DNA of 63,913 bases, the filler included, from Octopus bimaculoides (taxonomy: Eukaryota): NCBI RefSeq assembly GCF_001194135.2. It is 5 parts of 5 records of this genome, joined end to end, with 100 filler letters (N's around TTAATTAATTAA, not from the genome) between each part and the next. Parts side by side here need not be neighbours in the genome. Positions count along the whole stretch, not along the records: positions 38,637 to 61,684 come from NC_068997.1; 4 more parts are not named here. One strand, 5' to 3'. Positions within the stretch are counted from its first letter, which is position 1. Each line of letters opens with the position of its first letter. The position numbers were made by a program, and so were the translations under genes. Positions 39,401 through 52,737 of the stretch are shown here, in pieces. Below the pieces are notes generated by a model. That model was not told the DNA's origin. It did not search any database and saw nothing but the letters and a program-made list of their open reading frames with translations.

Positions 39401-40338
39401 TGGTGAGTGTGTTAAATTATAAGGCACCAAAAGAGAATGACTCTCCCCAGACACAACAGAATATGCTTCAACACACGAACTCACATAAAAAATCTTGCAA
39501 ACCAAATCTATATGAGTTGGTTATATAAAAAGAAACCCGTTACTATTTTTATCAATATCTACGAGTTTTCGCAAATCCACACACACACACACACACACAT
39601 GTATGCACATGTATGTAAGCATATGGATATGAAAATAAACAGATTAACATACAGGTGGATTGGTTCATAGGTTATATGAACAGACAAGCATACATACGCA
39701 AATGGAGACTGAAACACATGACCATATGTACATACACACTTTACTTCAAACAAGGACACATATGGAGACACACGTCCACACATATGGAGATGTACATCCA
39801 TACATACAAACACGGTACATAGTTGCAAAACACACCCACTCAGACATGCACACACAAGGAGAAGAGGTACACACGCACATATACAAACGCACACACGCGC
39901 ACGCACACATACATAAAAATACACAAACACGGACATGCAAACACATGAATATGCAGAATACATACATACAAATGTACACACATAAATAGATACATATGCA
40001 CACACACATACATACATGTATATATACATGCATACATGCATACATACATACATACATACATGCATGCATGCATGCATACATACATACATACATATGCATT
40101 TTTATACTAATGTATACACAGAAAACTACACGCACATATATACACAATACGTCTCCGTGCGTAAGTATGTGTTAATGCACTGTATACATAATACGCGTCT
40201 AACACACACAACATTTACCGTTGTTAGTTAAAGACAGAAGAAAAGAAAAGAAAGAAAGAACAAGGAGAACCAGAGAAGTGGTGGTAAGGAGGGAAGAATG
40301 AAGAATATAAAAACGTTTTAATTTTGACACTGTAGCAT

Positions 40339-40900
40339 TCATAAGAGTATTTTTCCGCTCGACATTTTATATTTCACGGCGTGTCTGCAGGAATTTAACA
40401 GTTCCAACCTTTGGTTCAGGGCGTATTTATACTGGAAAAGGATGAAAATGTTTTCAGTCAGGCACGAATTGCATCTTATTGGCTCTCTATACGCTCCGTG
40501 TTTATATGGTACTGCTCTCTCCAAGATTTCCCAGTAGATAGTGGGAACATGCTTGATGAGACTCGTTGCTGTCCTATTTTCAAGAAATCGAAATGAATTT
40601 CGATGGGAATATAACTTGGTCTTGAAAGAATTTTCTGTAGCCCTTATATATGTCTTATATGTTTGTGAGCCATCTATTTGCACCTTAGCTCTATACACTA
40701 TTCCTTTCTCCAGACAATTTCCTCCCAACGGACAGCAATTGTGGTCTTTACAATTACACTTCTGGTTATTTCTAGCACTGTGGTTATTTCTAATAGTTTT
40801 CGCGTTGTGCTGGTTAATTAAAGAGACAAAGTTCTTGCAACAAGAATAGCTAACCTTCAGCGTTCTCCAAATTAAACATTTTATGGTACTTACGGTGTAC
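40339..40900 (-). mobile_element. Penelope-like GIY-YIG endonuclease fragment, second lineage
   Basis: CNC...CCPLGGNCLEKGIVYRAKV...YIRATENSFKTKLYSHRNSF...WEIL...CNSCLTE...LNQRLELLNSCRH. Confidence 0.82.
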
Positions 40901-41077
40901 TTGAAAGTGTTTAGAAACTAGTTTCAACAATTCCTTCCCTATATTAGTTTTTATGGCAATGTTAAATGTCGGATTAAATCACAAGACTTTCCTAGTTCTA
41001 GTCCTACGTGCTCTGTTATTGTTAGTTATGCTTTGACTATACTGGATCTTCTCCGAGAATCCACTGTTTCTTAATGC

Positions 41078-41222
<145 letters not shown>

Positions 41223-41789
41223 TATAATTTTGGCCTGATTTCGTGGAACTTTCTTATGCTCCTTGGGCTTCATCCTACCATGGTTTTTGAGAAACGAACT
41301 GTTTTGATATACTTTTAATTGAGGAGAGTAAAAACATTTTTTAGTCGATTGATTTTTATTTTAGCTTTTTAGTCGCTTGACACGCTTTAGTAATTCAATT
41401 TGATTGCTTATTTTTAGTCGATTTGTATATACCTTTTCTTGATTGGCTTTTCTATATATTTTGTATTTTTATATCCATATATATATATTTATCTTCTGTG
41501 CTTTTATATATGTATTTCTTTTATACGTTAAAGGCCATAGTAACGTTTATATTAGGTGATATGTATGGAAGCTTGGTGCTGTATAAAGTCGCGGACCCGA
41601 ATTCGATGTTTGTTCTCTAATCAATGTTTTTTACATATATAGTTCATAGATAAGATCCAGATATTCACCGTATAGAATACACTTAGTAGTGCTCAAGCGC
41701 TTTAAACTTGAGCGGGTATTGAAGTCAACGTAGGGATAAGCAAGTTAGACAGATCAATATATAAAGTATAGTAAATACATGAAATACAA

Positions 41790-42030
41790 ATATACATGTA
41801 TATGTATACATATAAAAAGGTCCGACCTACACAGAATACAAATGATATACAGAATTAAAGGGGCTGGGGAAAGGTATTACAAATCTAACTGCTATTTCTG
41901 GAGGCTCGGTGATCTATAATAATGTTTGTAGATTGATTCCATCATAGGATGAGTCAAGTCTCCGTCTTCAGGGAATTTATATTTGAGTTGTTCAAGTACA
42001 GAAGTTCGAAGATGGTATGATGGAATGTGG
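41790..42030 (-). mobile_element. Penelope-like terminal repeat copy, same family as 8800-9395
   Basis: ccctgaagacggagacttgactcatcc...tctacaaacattattatagatcaccgagcc resembles 9138-9260. Confidence 0.65.
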
Positions 42031-42136
42031 AGAACTAAGTGTATTAGAGGGAGGAATTGTGGACGTATTCAGATAGGGAATTGTGAGAGGAGAATAGATA
42101 GTTCACGAGTAAGGGGTTAATAAAGTAGTTAATAGG

Positions 42137-42178
<42 letters not shown>

Positions 42179-42978
42179 AAGTAGTAGTAGCGGTGGAAGG
42201 TAGGAGGATGAAGGGAGGGTGGGGTAGGTAGTTTATGAATGGTAGTATATTTGTTAGGTTTGAATTAAAGCCATAGAATTAATGGTTAAGATAGTGAGAA
42301 ATGGAATGGTCATTATTTGAGGAAAGTAATGTGACTAGTTCAGAGACTGAAGGAGATTACTAAGGTATGTAGAGAGGTAGGGGAGAAGATAGAGGGGTGG
42401 ATTGAGTGGGGGTGAGTTTGTAGTCGATATAGTAGTGGTTAATGGGATAATGAATTTGGGTAGGTATATCCACTTGGGTTGCCATATCGATTACCAAATA
42501 ACGACAGAAACAAATCGTAGTTAGAAATCTGCCGACCAGCTAACCTTTCCACCTACTAGTCTTCTCTGGTGAACAAATTTTATCTATACTAAAGACACCA
42601 TGACTTAAACACAATTACAAAGTTCTACATATTTTACTGGATTCTGAACAATAACCTCCATCTTCCCAAAACAAACAGGCTAAATCTCCGAAATAGTGTT
42701 CAAATAACATCAGCAACAATTAAACCTAGCTGTACATCTGCTGACCAACCTACCTGAAGCTAACATGCCTGAATAGAGACGGCAAATAACAAAATTTTAC
42801 ACACATGACTGATCTCTAAACAATAAAACAACTCCAAATTTAATCAATAAAAACACTCAATAATATCTTTCAGTCAGAACTTACACTGCAACCTAATTAT
42901 CATATAAAATAGCTCCATATATCTCAGGGAAAAAAATTTGCGAGAGGCTATACAAAATCAAGATGGATTCAGATTTAC

Positions 42979-43020
42979 CAGTCCGATGAAGGCTAGCAGG
43001 CCGAAACTTCAAAGCCACTG
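42979..43020 (+). ncRNA. Degenerate type I hammerhead ribozyme at a Penelope-like 3' end
   Basis: CAGU-CCGAUGA-A-GGC uagcag GCC-GAAA-CUU ca AAG-CC-ACUG. Stems I, II and III all pair, but the core has U>C at both CUGAUGA and GUC. Confidence 0.55.
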
Positions 43021-43125
43021 TCACCTGTCCTCTTGTAAATAGATATATACACATATATATATACATATGTATGTATGTGTATGAATATATGTATATAAGT
43101 ATGTATAATATAATACATATATGAG

Positions 43126-43156
<31 letters not shown>

Positions 43157-44485
43157 ACATATATATGTGCGTGCGTACGTGTGTATATATATATATATAN
43201 NNNNNNNNNNNNNNNNNNNNNNNNNNNNNNNNNNNNNNNNNNNNNNNNNNNNNNNNNNNNNNNNNNNNNNNNNNNNNNNNNNNNNNNNNNNNNNNNNNNN
43301 NNNNNNNNNNNNNNNNNNNNNNNNNNNNNNNNNNNNNNNNNNNNNNNNNNNNNNNNNNNNNNNNNNNNNNNNNNNNNNNNNNNNNNNNNNNNNNNNNNNN
43401 NNNNNNNNNNNNNNNNNNNNNNNNNNNNNNNNNNNNNNNNNNNNNNNNNNNNNNNNNNNNNNNNNNNNNNNNNNNNNNNNNNNNNNNNNNNNNNNNNNNN
43501 NNNNNNNNNNNNNNNNNNNNNNNNNNNNNNNNNNNNNNNNAGTGTATTTTTTCTGATGTTATATCTGTTCCTGAATGATGTGTAAAGAAATTTTGATTTA
43601 AGCATCTTAATGAATTCTTTATACTGAAATATATATTGAAGAAGATAAATATGTTCTTTTGAATTTATACGTTTTTGCGTCGTAACTCCTTTATTATTAT
43701 TAATATTACCAAAAGGATCGATTCTTGAAGAGTCTGCATATCTTCACTGTCGTTTTTTTCTGCTATTTAGGTGATGATTTTTTAAGTTAGCTTACCAATT
43801 ATTTTTGTTGGTAGTTAATTTATAATATATTGTTATATGTATATGTATATATATATATATACACACGTACGCACGCACACACACACACTAACACACACAC
43901 ACACATACACACACACACACATATATATATATATATGCAAACATATATATATATGTATGTTAGTGTGTGTGTGCGTGCGTACGTGTGTATATATATGTAT
44001 AGATATAGATATATATATATATATTTACACACTTATTACACATTATCGATTTCCTAAGATCCTTTTGCTTAACGACTGTAATAATGCCTGATGGTTCATC
44101 TCCAAATATACAGACATTATAATATTGTCATTTGTTTATGAAACTCCCTCCACCTACATCTGGATCAGGAGGTGATCACTGCTTAAATAGTATGAATAAT
44201 CGGCTTGAATTCAATGCTCCTTCAGAATAGAGGAGGTGGTGGTGATGTTTATCCCTAGGTTAGCCCTGATCCAGCCGTGACTATCACGTATTTGCCTTGC
44301 ATGTAGAGAACCCGGTACCATATTATCTAATGCGTCTTTTTCGTAGGTTTGATGTATATTCGATTTGATAAATATTTGATTACTACATCTAGCAGGTTTA
44401 ACAGCTACTTAAATGCTTCCCATTTGACTCATAATGATCATAAAATGGAGGTAAATTACGAAACTTATTATTTTTTAAATTCATA

Positions 44486-44660
44486 GGCGCAGGCCCGGCT
44501 GTGTGGTAACATGCATGCTTCCCACCCACATTGTTCTGAGTTCAGTCCTACTACGTGGCACCTTCAGCAAGCGTTTTCTGTTATTGCTTCGGGGTGACCA
44601 AAGCCTTATGAGTGGATTTGGTAGACGGAAACTAAAAGAAGCCCATCGTATATTATGTGT
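44486..44660 (+). mobile_element. tRNA-derived SINE, family C (further copies near 5700-6080, 11430, 16770, 53030-53385, 61915)
   Basis: ggcgcaggcccggctgtgtggtaa...gagttcagtcc...gcaagcgttttct...gtggatttggtagacggaaactaaaagaagccc plus a (TG)n tail. Confidence 0.8.
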
Positions 44661-44670
44661 GCGCACGTGT

Positions 44671-44774
<104 letters not shown>

Positions 44775-45827
44775 TCTTTGTGCATCTGTGTATCTTTGTG
44801 TCTGTGTTTATCCCGCACCATCGCTTGATAACTGGTGTTGATGTATTTACGTCACCGTAAATTAGCGGTTCAGCAAAAGAGACCGATAGAATAAGTACCA
44901 GGCTTTTGAAAAAATTAGTACTAGGGTCGATTCATTCGACTAAAAAATTTCCAAGGCAGTGCCTCAGCATGGTCGCAGACTAATGACTGAAACAGATTAA
45001 AGATAAAAGAATGACAGTGCTGTTGCTGTTGTTGTTGTGATGATAGATATTAACCCCTGTGTGATTACATGAACTCTTCGGCGGACTCTTATAAAGCGTA
45101 ACGGGTCTCATTGGGGTAAAGAAGTCGTTGGAGTCTCGCGGGTCGGTAGTCGGAAGCTAGTCTGTGAATACATTGTCCCCCCCCCCCCNNNNNNNNNNNN
45201 NNNNNNNNNNNNNNNNNNNNNNNNNNNNNNNNNNNNNNNNNNNNNNNNNNNNNNNNNNNNNNNNNNNNNNNNNNNNNNNNNNNNNNNNNNNNNNNNNNNN
45301 NNNNNNNNNNNNNNNNNNNNNNNNNNNNNNNNNNNNNNNNNNNNNNNNNNNNNNNNNNNNNNNNNNNNNNNNNNNNNNNNNNNNNNNNNNNNNNNNNNNN
45401 NNNNNNNNNNNNNNNNNNNNNNNNNNNNNNNNNNNNNNNNNNNNNNNNNNNNNNNNNNNNNNNNNNNNNNNNNNNNNNNNNNNNNNNNNNNNNNNNNNNN
45501 NNNNNNNNNNNNNNNNNNNNNNNNNNNNNNNNNNNNNNNNNNNNNNNNNNNNNNNNNNNNNNNNNNNNNNNNNNNNNNNNNNNNNNNNNNNNNNNNNNNN
45601 NNNNNNNNNNNNNNNNNNNNNNNNNNNNNNNNNNNNNNNNNNNNNNNNNNNNNNNNNNNNNNNNNNNNNNNNNNNNNNNNNNNNNNNNNNNNNNNNNNNN
45701 NNNNNNNNNNNNNNNNNNNNNNNNNNNNNNNNNNNNNNNNNNNNNNNNNNNNNNNNNNNNNNNNNNNNNNNNNNNNNNNNNNNNNNNNNNNNNNNNNNNN
45801 NNNNNNNNNNNNNNNNNNNNNNNNNNN

Positions 45828-47833
45828 TCTGATATTGTCAGTAATGTTGAAAGCAGGCAATTACCAACCAAGCTATCCAATGTCCAGACACTTCAACATG
45901 TAAAGACCTCTTAAGTATAAAATCAATCACAATAATGAAGAGGAAATGAAATAAAATGCTGCTTTATCTCATGATATTTCAGTCGTTTTATTGGTTGATT
46001 TTAGGCCGCAGCCTAAGTTTTATATTGTGATTTAAGTATGTTGGTTATAAGGAATTCTCTTGTAACGAAATATTTCCTGCTTGGACAAGTGTTGAATATT
46101 ATCAAAGGACATTTTCTTGAGTTAGCACCATTAATGATTATTTTCCTTTGATCAGCTATGTTAGGCAACATAAGACTCTGTTCGCAATAAAATCTTATTT
46201 ATTCTTCGCAGATACAAAACTTACACTAGAATCCAAAATGTATTGTTTTTATTACAATTATATGACTGTTTGGTAAAATTTGTAAATAAAAACTTCTTCA
46301 CAAGACACCCTCACTGAATATTAAAACGGTCATCAAGAGATATATATTTGTTTCATTCAGAATATAAATCTTCAATATGTCGAATATTGCTAAACATATG
46401 AGATGGACTTAAAGTAAGAACTATATTCCATACATGAGTAACTAAACATAATTTTCTCGGTCTTTAGCAATTTCCATATTTGTCTTTCATGACAGGCGCA
46501 CTTCCTACATGAACAAAATTTCTACACTAATTCCCATCAATTATCTGTATACTAGCTTTTTTTTTCTTTTTGATTCGTCTTTGGAACATTTGAATTGGTT
46601 TCCCTCAAGATCACATACACTTCTGCAATCAATTTTTGTTTAACTAATTTTCCTTCAGATTCGTTAGAATCCTTATTTTTATTATTTGTATTGATTTATT
46701 AGAATTAGCTCTTGGTTAGAACTTTGAACTGTCTACTTATTGAACAGGTTCCCAGTCACTCTGTTGAACCATTTATCATTGTACGGTCCTTTATATTTAC
46801 CAACAGAATTTTCAATCTTTATAGTTTCCATCATCTTAAAGAATTATTAATTCTGTTCTTTTCCACATCTTCAGACTGATTAAATAATGCCTAAAACTGG
46901 GTCACGGTTTGATTGTTCTTCAACTTATCTATACCGAAAGTCTTTGTTGATTCTTGAGCATGCTAAACTTCCGGGAATTTCTATTGAATTTTAATACCAA
47001 GTATATAACTTTCGATTCTGATATCTTTAAAAAGACACCAAATGTTACAACGTACCATTATCTTGGCAACAAAATATACAGAGTCTTCAAAGAAATTATA
47101 ATATTCTTTTAATGCGATCGAATTTTTCTGAAGAACGAGAAAATTCAGCTACCAAAATCATAACAATGACAGAGATAATAAAGACCGTCATCATTTTGTG
47201 TGTGATAAATAAAAAAAAAGCAGGAACTTTATTCTGTTTAGTTAATGTATTGGTCATTAGAAATATTCTATTCAAATATTACTTGATCTTCCGTAAACAT
47301 GGAAATTGTGAGAAAATTACAAATCGTTTCACATAAAAACTTTGTTTAACTATTTCTATAAAATCCACAATAACTTGATTTCATTAAGATTACACACCAA
47401 TATGGAAATATTCGTTGTTGAACGATGTTTAGCAAAAACAAAAGCAGGGGCGACAATTTAACATCAAAAATTGAAATAAAACTGAAATGAATCGATACAT
47501 CAGCGTTTCAATTAATTAAATTTGGAAATAAGTAGTAATGAGGTGAGGGATTATGTTAGTCTGGTCTTTAGTAGATAGTGTAACATAGAAAGGGCACAAC
47601 AGTTTGAAAATGCAAGTGGATATCGGTAGCGAATTAATCTTAATATTCTAAGTAACTTTCAAATACTTATTAGTCAACCAAAACGTCTTGAAAGCCATCA
47701 ACACGTTCGCTAATTTTATGGTTCAACAGTGAAGCCATAAGACATTTTTTTTAAGTCTCTTGGAACAGGCTTCCGTTTTCATATATCTGTAGTCGTCGTA
47801 GATTTAATAAAAATTACGGTCTTACTGAAACTA

Positions 47834-47880
<47 letters not shown>
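45828..47880. repeat. Segmental duplication copy 1 (paired with 59099-61684)
   Basis: Collinear blocks 45828-46340/59099-59599, ~47385-47455/~60482-60552 and ~47511-47880/~61343-61684. The first ~200 bp appear identical. Confidence 0.93.
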
Positions 47881-47893
<13 letters not shown>

Positions 47894-48330
47894 GTGTAAA
47901 ATATTAATTGCAAAAGACAAATGGATTCTGTTGTTCTTTAAGGCCGAAGATACTGATGAGCTTAAACTTTATTAACTTTTTAATGAAATATGTTAGTAAT
48001 TTATGAAGGACTTTACATCTATACAGTATCAATATTTATGCAGTGTCCACGGCCTCACAGTAACATTAACACAGTCCGAGAATAAAGCAGTTATTGCAGC
48101 AAGGTATACACGGGTTCGATATCAATACACCGCTACCCTTTCGGGAAAATAAATGGGGCGAGATGATGCGGAAAAATTCCGGTCTAAGCCTTGTAAAAGA
48201 ACTTGGAAGGTTGGGCCTCCAACCAGGCCTTTCGTGACACCTTTAAAGTCAGGAACTTTTCAATACCTCCTCGTACACCTGTTAGAAAATGTATCTCATA
48301 TTTTACTTTGTCTTTCTTTTAATATTTCAG

Positions 48331-48424
48331 ATAAATGTTCTAAAAATCAAGCCCTAACCTTCTTAAACTTCGTTAAATGTGAAAAAGATGGATCGTTCTC
48401 CCGTGTACAGTGTTCAAACGAACT
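48331..48424 (+). CDS. Thyroglobulin type-1 (thyropin-like) gene, TY1 N-half exon (94 nt, phase 1 to 2)
   Basis: tctttcttttaatatttcag|AT and CT|gtaagc. DKCSKNQALTFLNFVKCEKDGSFSRVQCSNE contains the C..DG.F...QC motif. Confidence 0.87.
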
Positions 48425-48449
48425 GTAAGCAAAATAAGTTCAATATCTG

Positions 48450-48504
<55 letters not shown>

Positions 48505-51338
48505 TATATATATATATATATACTTTTATTCTTTTACTTGTTTCAGTCATTTGACTGCGGCCATCCACACACAAAAAAGATTAGCTACAAGAAATAACTC
48601 AGTGGCTAATGGCATGTATTTGAACAGCAGACAAATATAGACGTATCAAATATCATACAACATAAATTTCTATATATAAAATTATCTTGGCCTCTAGGTG
48701 ATGTGTCATAATTACAAAATGTTAAGACCACCTCTAGATGAGACGGGAAGATAATCTCAAGTATCAATATTTCGCCTAAGTTGACATACTAAGTAGGTAA
48801 GGGACAGGCTTATAGTCTGGACATAACGAAGTGAGTACTGTTTCTGCTTCAGTATACGTCATCAGCACGAAAATTGTCCAGTATTGCCTCTAGTGTCCAA
48901 GGGACTTAAACCTACGGGAAAAGAGTAGAACATTTTTATGTCCTAGGACATTAGCATAGTTTAAACAAAAATTGATCCAAAGAAATAAGTTCATATACAT
49001 TCCATTAGCGAATGTATGAACAACATGCACATATACAGTTATGTCAAATAGCATACGACAGAACTTTTTGATTTATTAAAATTATCTCTGCTTTTAGAGG
49101 ATGAGTAATCACAATAAATGTTCTACACTATCAGACTACAGAACAATGGAAGTATACTTCCACTTCTTAGCTGTCGATGTCGCCAACATTTCTGTTATTG
49201 TAAATGTGTGCTTTAGAAGTTCGCTTCTCAACCCCGTGGTTTCGAATTCGGATCATATTGCATGGTATTTTGAACAGTGGTTTTTTGCCATAACTTCCAG
49301 GTTACTAATATCTTGAGAATAGACTTCATCACACGTAACCTGTATGGAAGCCTACCACATATGCGCATTCCTATGCCTTTTGCCGATCTATTTCAGCACT
49401 GGATGTAGAAATTGTTGAAAACCCAATACTCTTCGAACGTAACTCCTGTCTAAAAATAAAATCTTTTTCCGCGCATTACTGACTCTCATTTGTCGCACTT
49501 GCCATAAAGGATGCTATGAACCAGTAATCGGTCCGTTTTAAACTTGTTCACGCGGCTAGCATTTTTGAGGGGAGGGAATTAATCGACTACATCAACCCCA
49601 GTGCTTCACTGGTACTTTATTTTATTGACCAACTGAAAGGGATGAAGGGAAAAGTTGACCTTGGCAGAATTTGAACTCAGAAAGGTAAAGAGCCGGAAGA
49701 AATTACTCTAATAATTTTATCCTGTGCGGTAACGATTCTGCCAGCTCACCGCCTTTTGCAAACTGCAATGCAAAATATTTTAGAAATATAAATAAAATTT
49801 ATGAATGTAACTTTTGGATGTTGTTAAATTTATTCCAACTACTTGAAGTATTTCAAATTTTCACCTGATTATTTTCAAAAACTGTGGTTTTGATGTAGTT
49901 TTGCAAACCAATGAAGAAAATTGGTTTTTTTTTTCTTGTTTTTGTAGAAATAAAGAAGTTACAAGCATTTAAAATTATGTAATGTTAGCCAATGGAAAAC
50001 CTCCATTGCTGATGTATACACAACGAAGACAAAATCTTTACGTGTCTCTCAACTTGCTAGAAATAGCTGCTCAATCTTCCTTAAACTACACGTAACGTGT
50101 TAAAAACAATAAGGATGACACAGTATATGATGTTGTTCGGACAGACTTCTGCTGAGTCTCTTAATTTATTTTTTCATTCATAATTAGGGTATCATTGCAT
50201 CATAATACGGTCCTAAATTCACAGCAGCTCTAAACGTGTCTGTTAGACGTAATCATATAAAAATCGTACGTATTAATAAGAAAAACATAGCGTGTTTCAG
50301 AGCAGTGTTTGTAATATATATACACATTTTAATTTTGGTTTCAAATTTTGGCACAAGGCCAGCAATATAGAGGGAGAGGGTAAGTCAATTACATCAATTC
50401 CCAGTACTCAACTGGTACTTATCGACCGTGAAAGGATGAAAGGCAAAGTCGACCTCGGAGGAATTTGAACTCAGAGCATGAAAACAGACGAAATGCCGCT
50501 AAGCATTTTGCCCGGCGTGCTAATGATTCTGCCAGGTTCCCTCATTTTTTTTTTTTTTTTATAACATTCAATATTACAAAACTGGCGGATTGTAAGGGAG
50601 CGAGCTGGCAGGACTGTTATCAAGTCGGATAAAATTCTTAGTGACATTTCTTTCGACTTTACGTTCTGTGTTCAAATAACGCCAAAGTCGACATTGCTGT
50701 TCGTCCTTTCGGGGTCGATAAAACAAGTGTCTGTTGAGCATTAGGATCGATTTAATTGACTTAGCCCCTCCCGAAAAACCGTTGGCCTTGTACTGAAATT
50801 TGAAATCAATATTACAAAATTGATGTAAATCATTTCAATAAACTTACTTCAATTCAGCTTTCATGGATAAAAACCAACACAGGAAACATTTATAAAGTTC
50901 GTAAATGCTTTGGAATACAACGTTGTATTACTGAAATTATAGGATACGGTTTTTAAATTCTGAGAACTGTTTACCAAACTGGGCAACTAATTCTGTTTTC
51001 AATAAAGAATTTACTTGGGCAATCACTAAAAATAGCAACTAGATTTTCCTCTAATCACACCCGTTTTATGAACCCATTTAACGACGTGCCTTTAGGTATT
51101 CAAAAAGACGTAATGCCTGATCTAAACAACGACTATGAATTCGGTTTACTTTTTTCAATAATTGTTCTCAGCTCCAAGAATTAAGGTCTAATTTATAAAT
51201 GGAACACTCACATCTTAGAAAGGTTGTATTCTAAAAAGAATTTAAAATCTTTTCCTCGTTTAATATACGGTCGCACCTAATTACTTGCATGTTGTAAGAG
51301 GAAACTACTTTAATATAAAGTTTTTTTTTTAATAACAG

Positions 51339-51418
51339 CTGCTTTTGTATTACATATGATGGACGCATGATTGATGGCCTTACTGTTAAAAAGGCTCATA
51401 AGGCAGGCATGACTTGCA
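51339..51418 (+). CDS. Thyropin-like gene, TY1 C-half exon (80 nt, phase 2 to 1)
   Basis: ttttttaataacag|C and A|gtaagt. CFCITYDGRMIDGLTVKKAHKAGMTC is a CWCV..G variant; phases match both neighbouring exons. Confidence 0.87.
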
Positions 51419-52551
51419 GTAAGTAGATTTCAAGGCAATTCTCTTGTAGATACAGAAATAAAGGTCGATAAAATAAGTATCAATTGAGTACTGGAGGTTG
51501 ATGTAATCGACTTGCCCTTTCCCCCCGATATTCTAGGACTTGTGCTTATAGCAGAAAGGAATTATATGTGGTTTAATCAGATACATATTTTTATTTGGCT
51601 TAATCAAATGAAAGAAAGCTCTTTGCAGGTCCACTAAGACTTATAAGATTGTAAGTATATACCATGGCAAAATACATTATTTGCCATAATCATAATTAGC
51701 TGGCGTTAATTACCAGGCATGGTTATATAATTAAGTTCGCTACATAATCATGTCTTCGGGTTTGGCCCCATTGCGTAGCACCCTGGGTCAACCAATACCT
51801 CGGATCAGTCAACGCCTTGTAAGTCAAATTTTGGCAGACAAAAACTGTCTAGTCAAGCACGGAATCCCATCGTGCTTGTGCGTATATATACTTATCAATC
51901 GAACTCTCTTTCTCGAAATGCTAAGTTATGAATCAATGGCTGTTAAGTGACATAAACGTAAGCCACTTAATAGCCAATGGCCCCTGACTTAGCAATTCAA
52001 CAAAAAGAAATCGATTCGAGGAAATTAGTTCAGAGTTCGGTATGATCAACTAATCCCTTCAAGACGGCACCCCAACACTGCCACGATCGAATGACTAAAA
52101 CCAGCAAAAGAATTGAAGAATATACCTATTCGTTGGTGAATTGGTGTAAGGCTGCGTTAATAAGCAGTAAAAGTTCTGTTGGGTACAATTTTTGGTTTGT
52201 ATTTTTTAACAGAAAAATTGATACCCTTCTTTTTTTTTTTTCTTAACCCATGTTAAACATAAATTCCAAGCTCCGGAAATAATACAGCAAATTTGATTTA
52301 TTATCTCAGATAAATCCTTGTCAGGTGTTTTCTGTTTAGATCCACGTTAAACAGTTAACCACGCTAACTTTTAAAAAATCTATCTAACATTCCACACCAG
52401 ATGGATTAACGCATACTTTCGCAGTATAGAAACTAAATATAATTGATCTGCCTAAATTATGCTTTAAATCTATCGATCATTGGTGTCGTTGGTCAAAATT
52501 ATTGACTATATCTGGCTTCTTTTTTCTTTTCCTTTTTTTTTATTTTTCAAG

Positions 52552-52737
52552 ACTGTGCTGTTGACAAAAGAGAAAGCGAATTGAGAGGAGATACGTCAAA
52601 AATCTTTTGGTGTCAGAAAAATGGCAATTATAAGAAAATCCAATGTCAAAATAGCAATTGTTACTGCGTAAATCCTCGGGGAATTCAAATAGGAATTGGT
52701 GTGCCTTTTACAAGAGTTCAATACCTTCTGTGCTCTG
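52552..52737 (+). CDS. Thyropin-like gene, complete TY2 exon (186 nt, phase 1 to 1)
   Basis: Long pyrimidine tract, caag|AC and G|gtaagt. CAVDKRESELRGDTSKIFWCQKNGNYKKIQCQNSNCYCVNPRGIQIGIGVPFTRVQYLLCS has six Cys. Confidence 0.9.
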
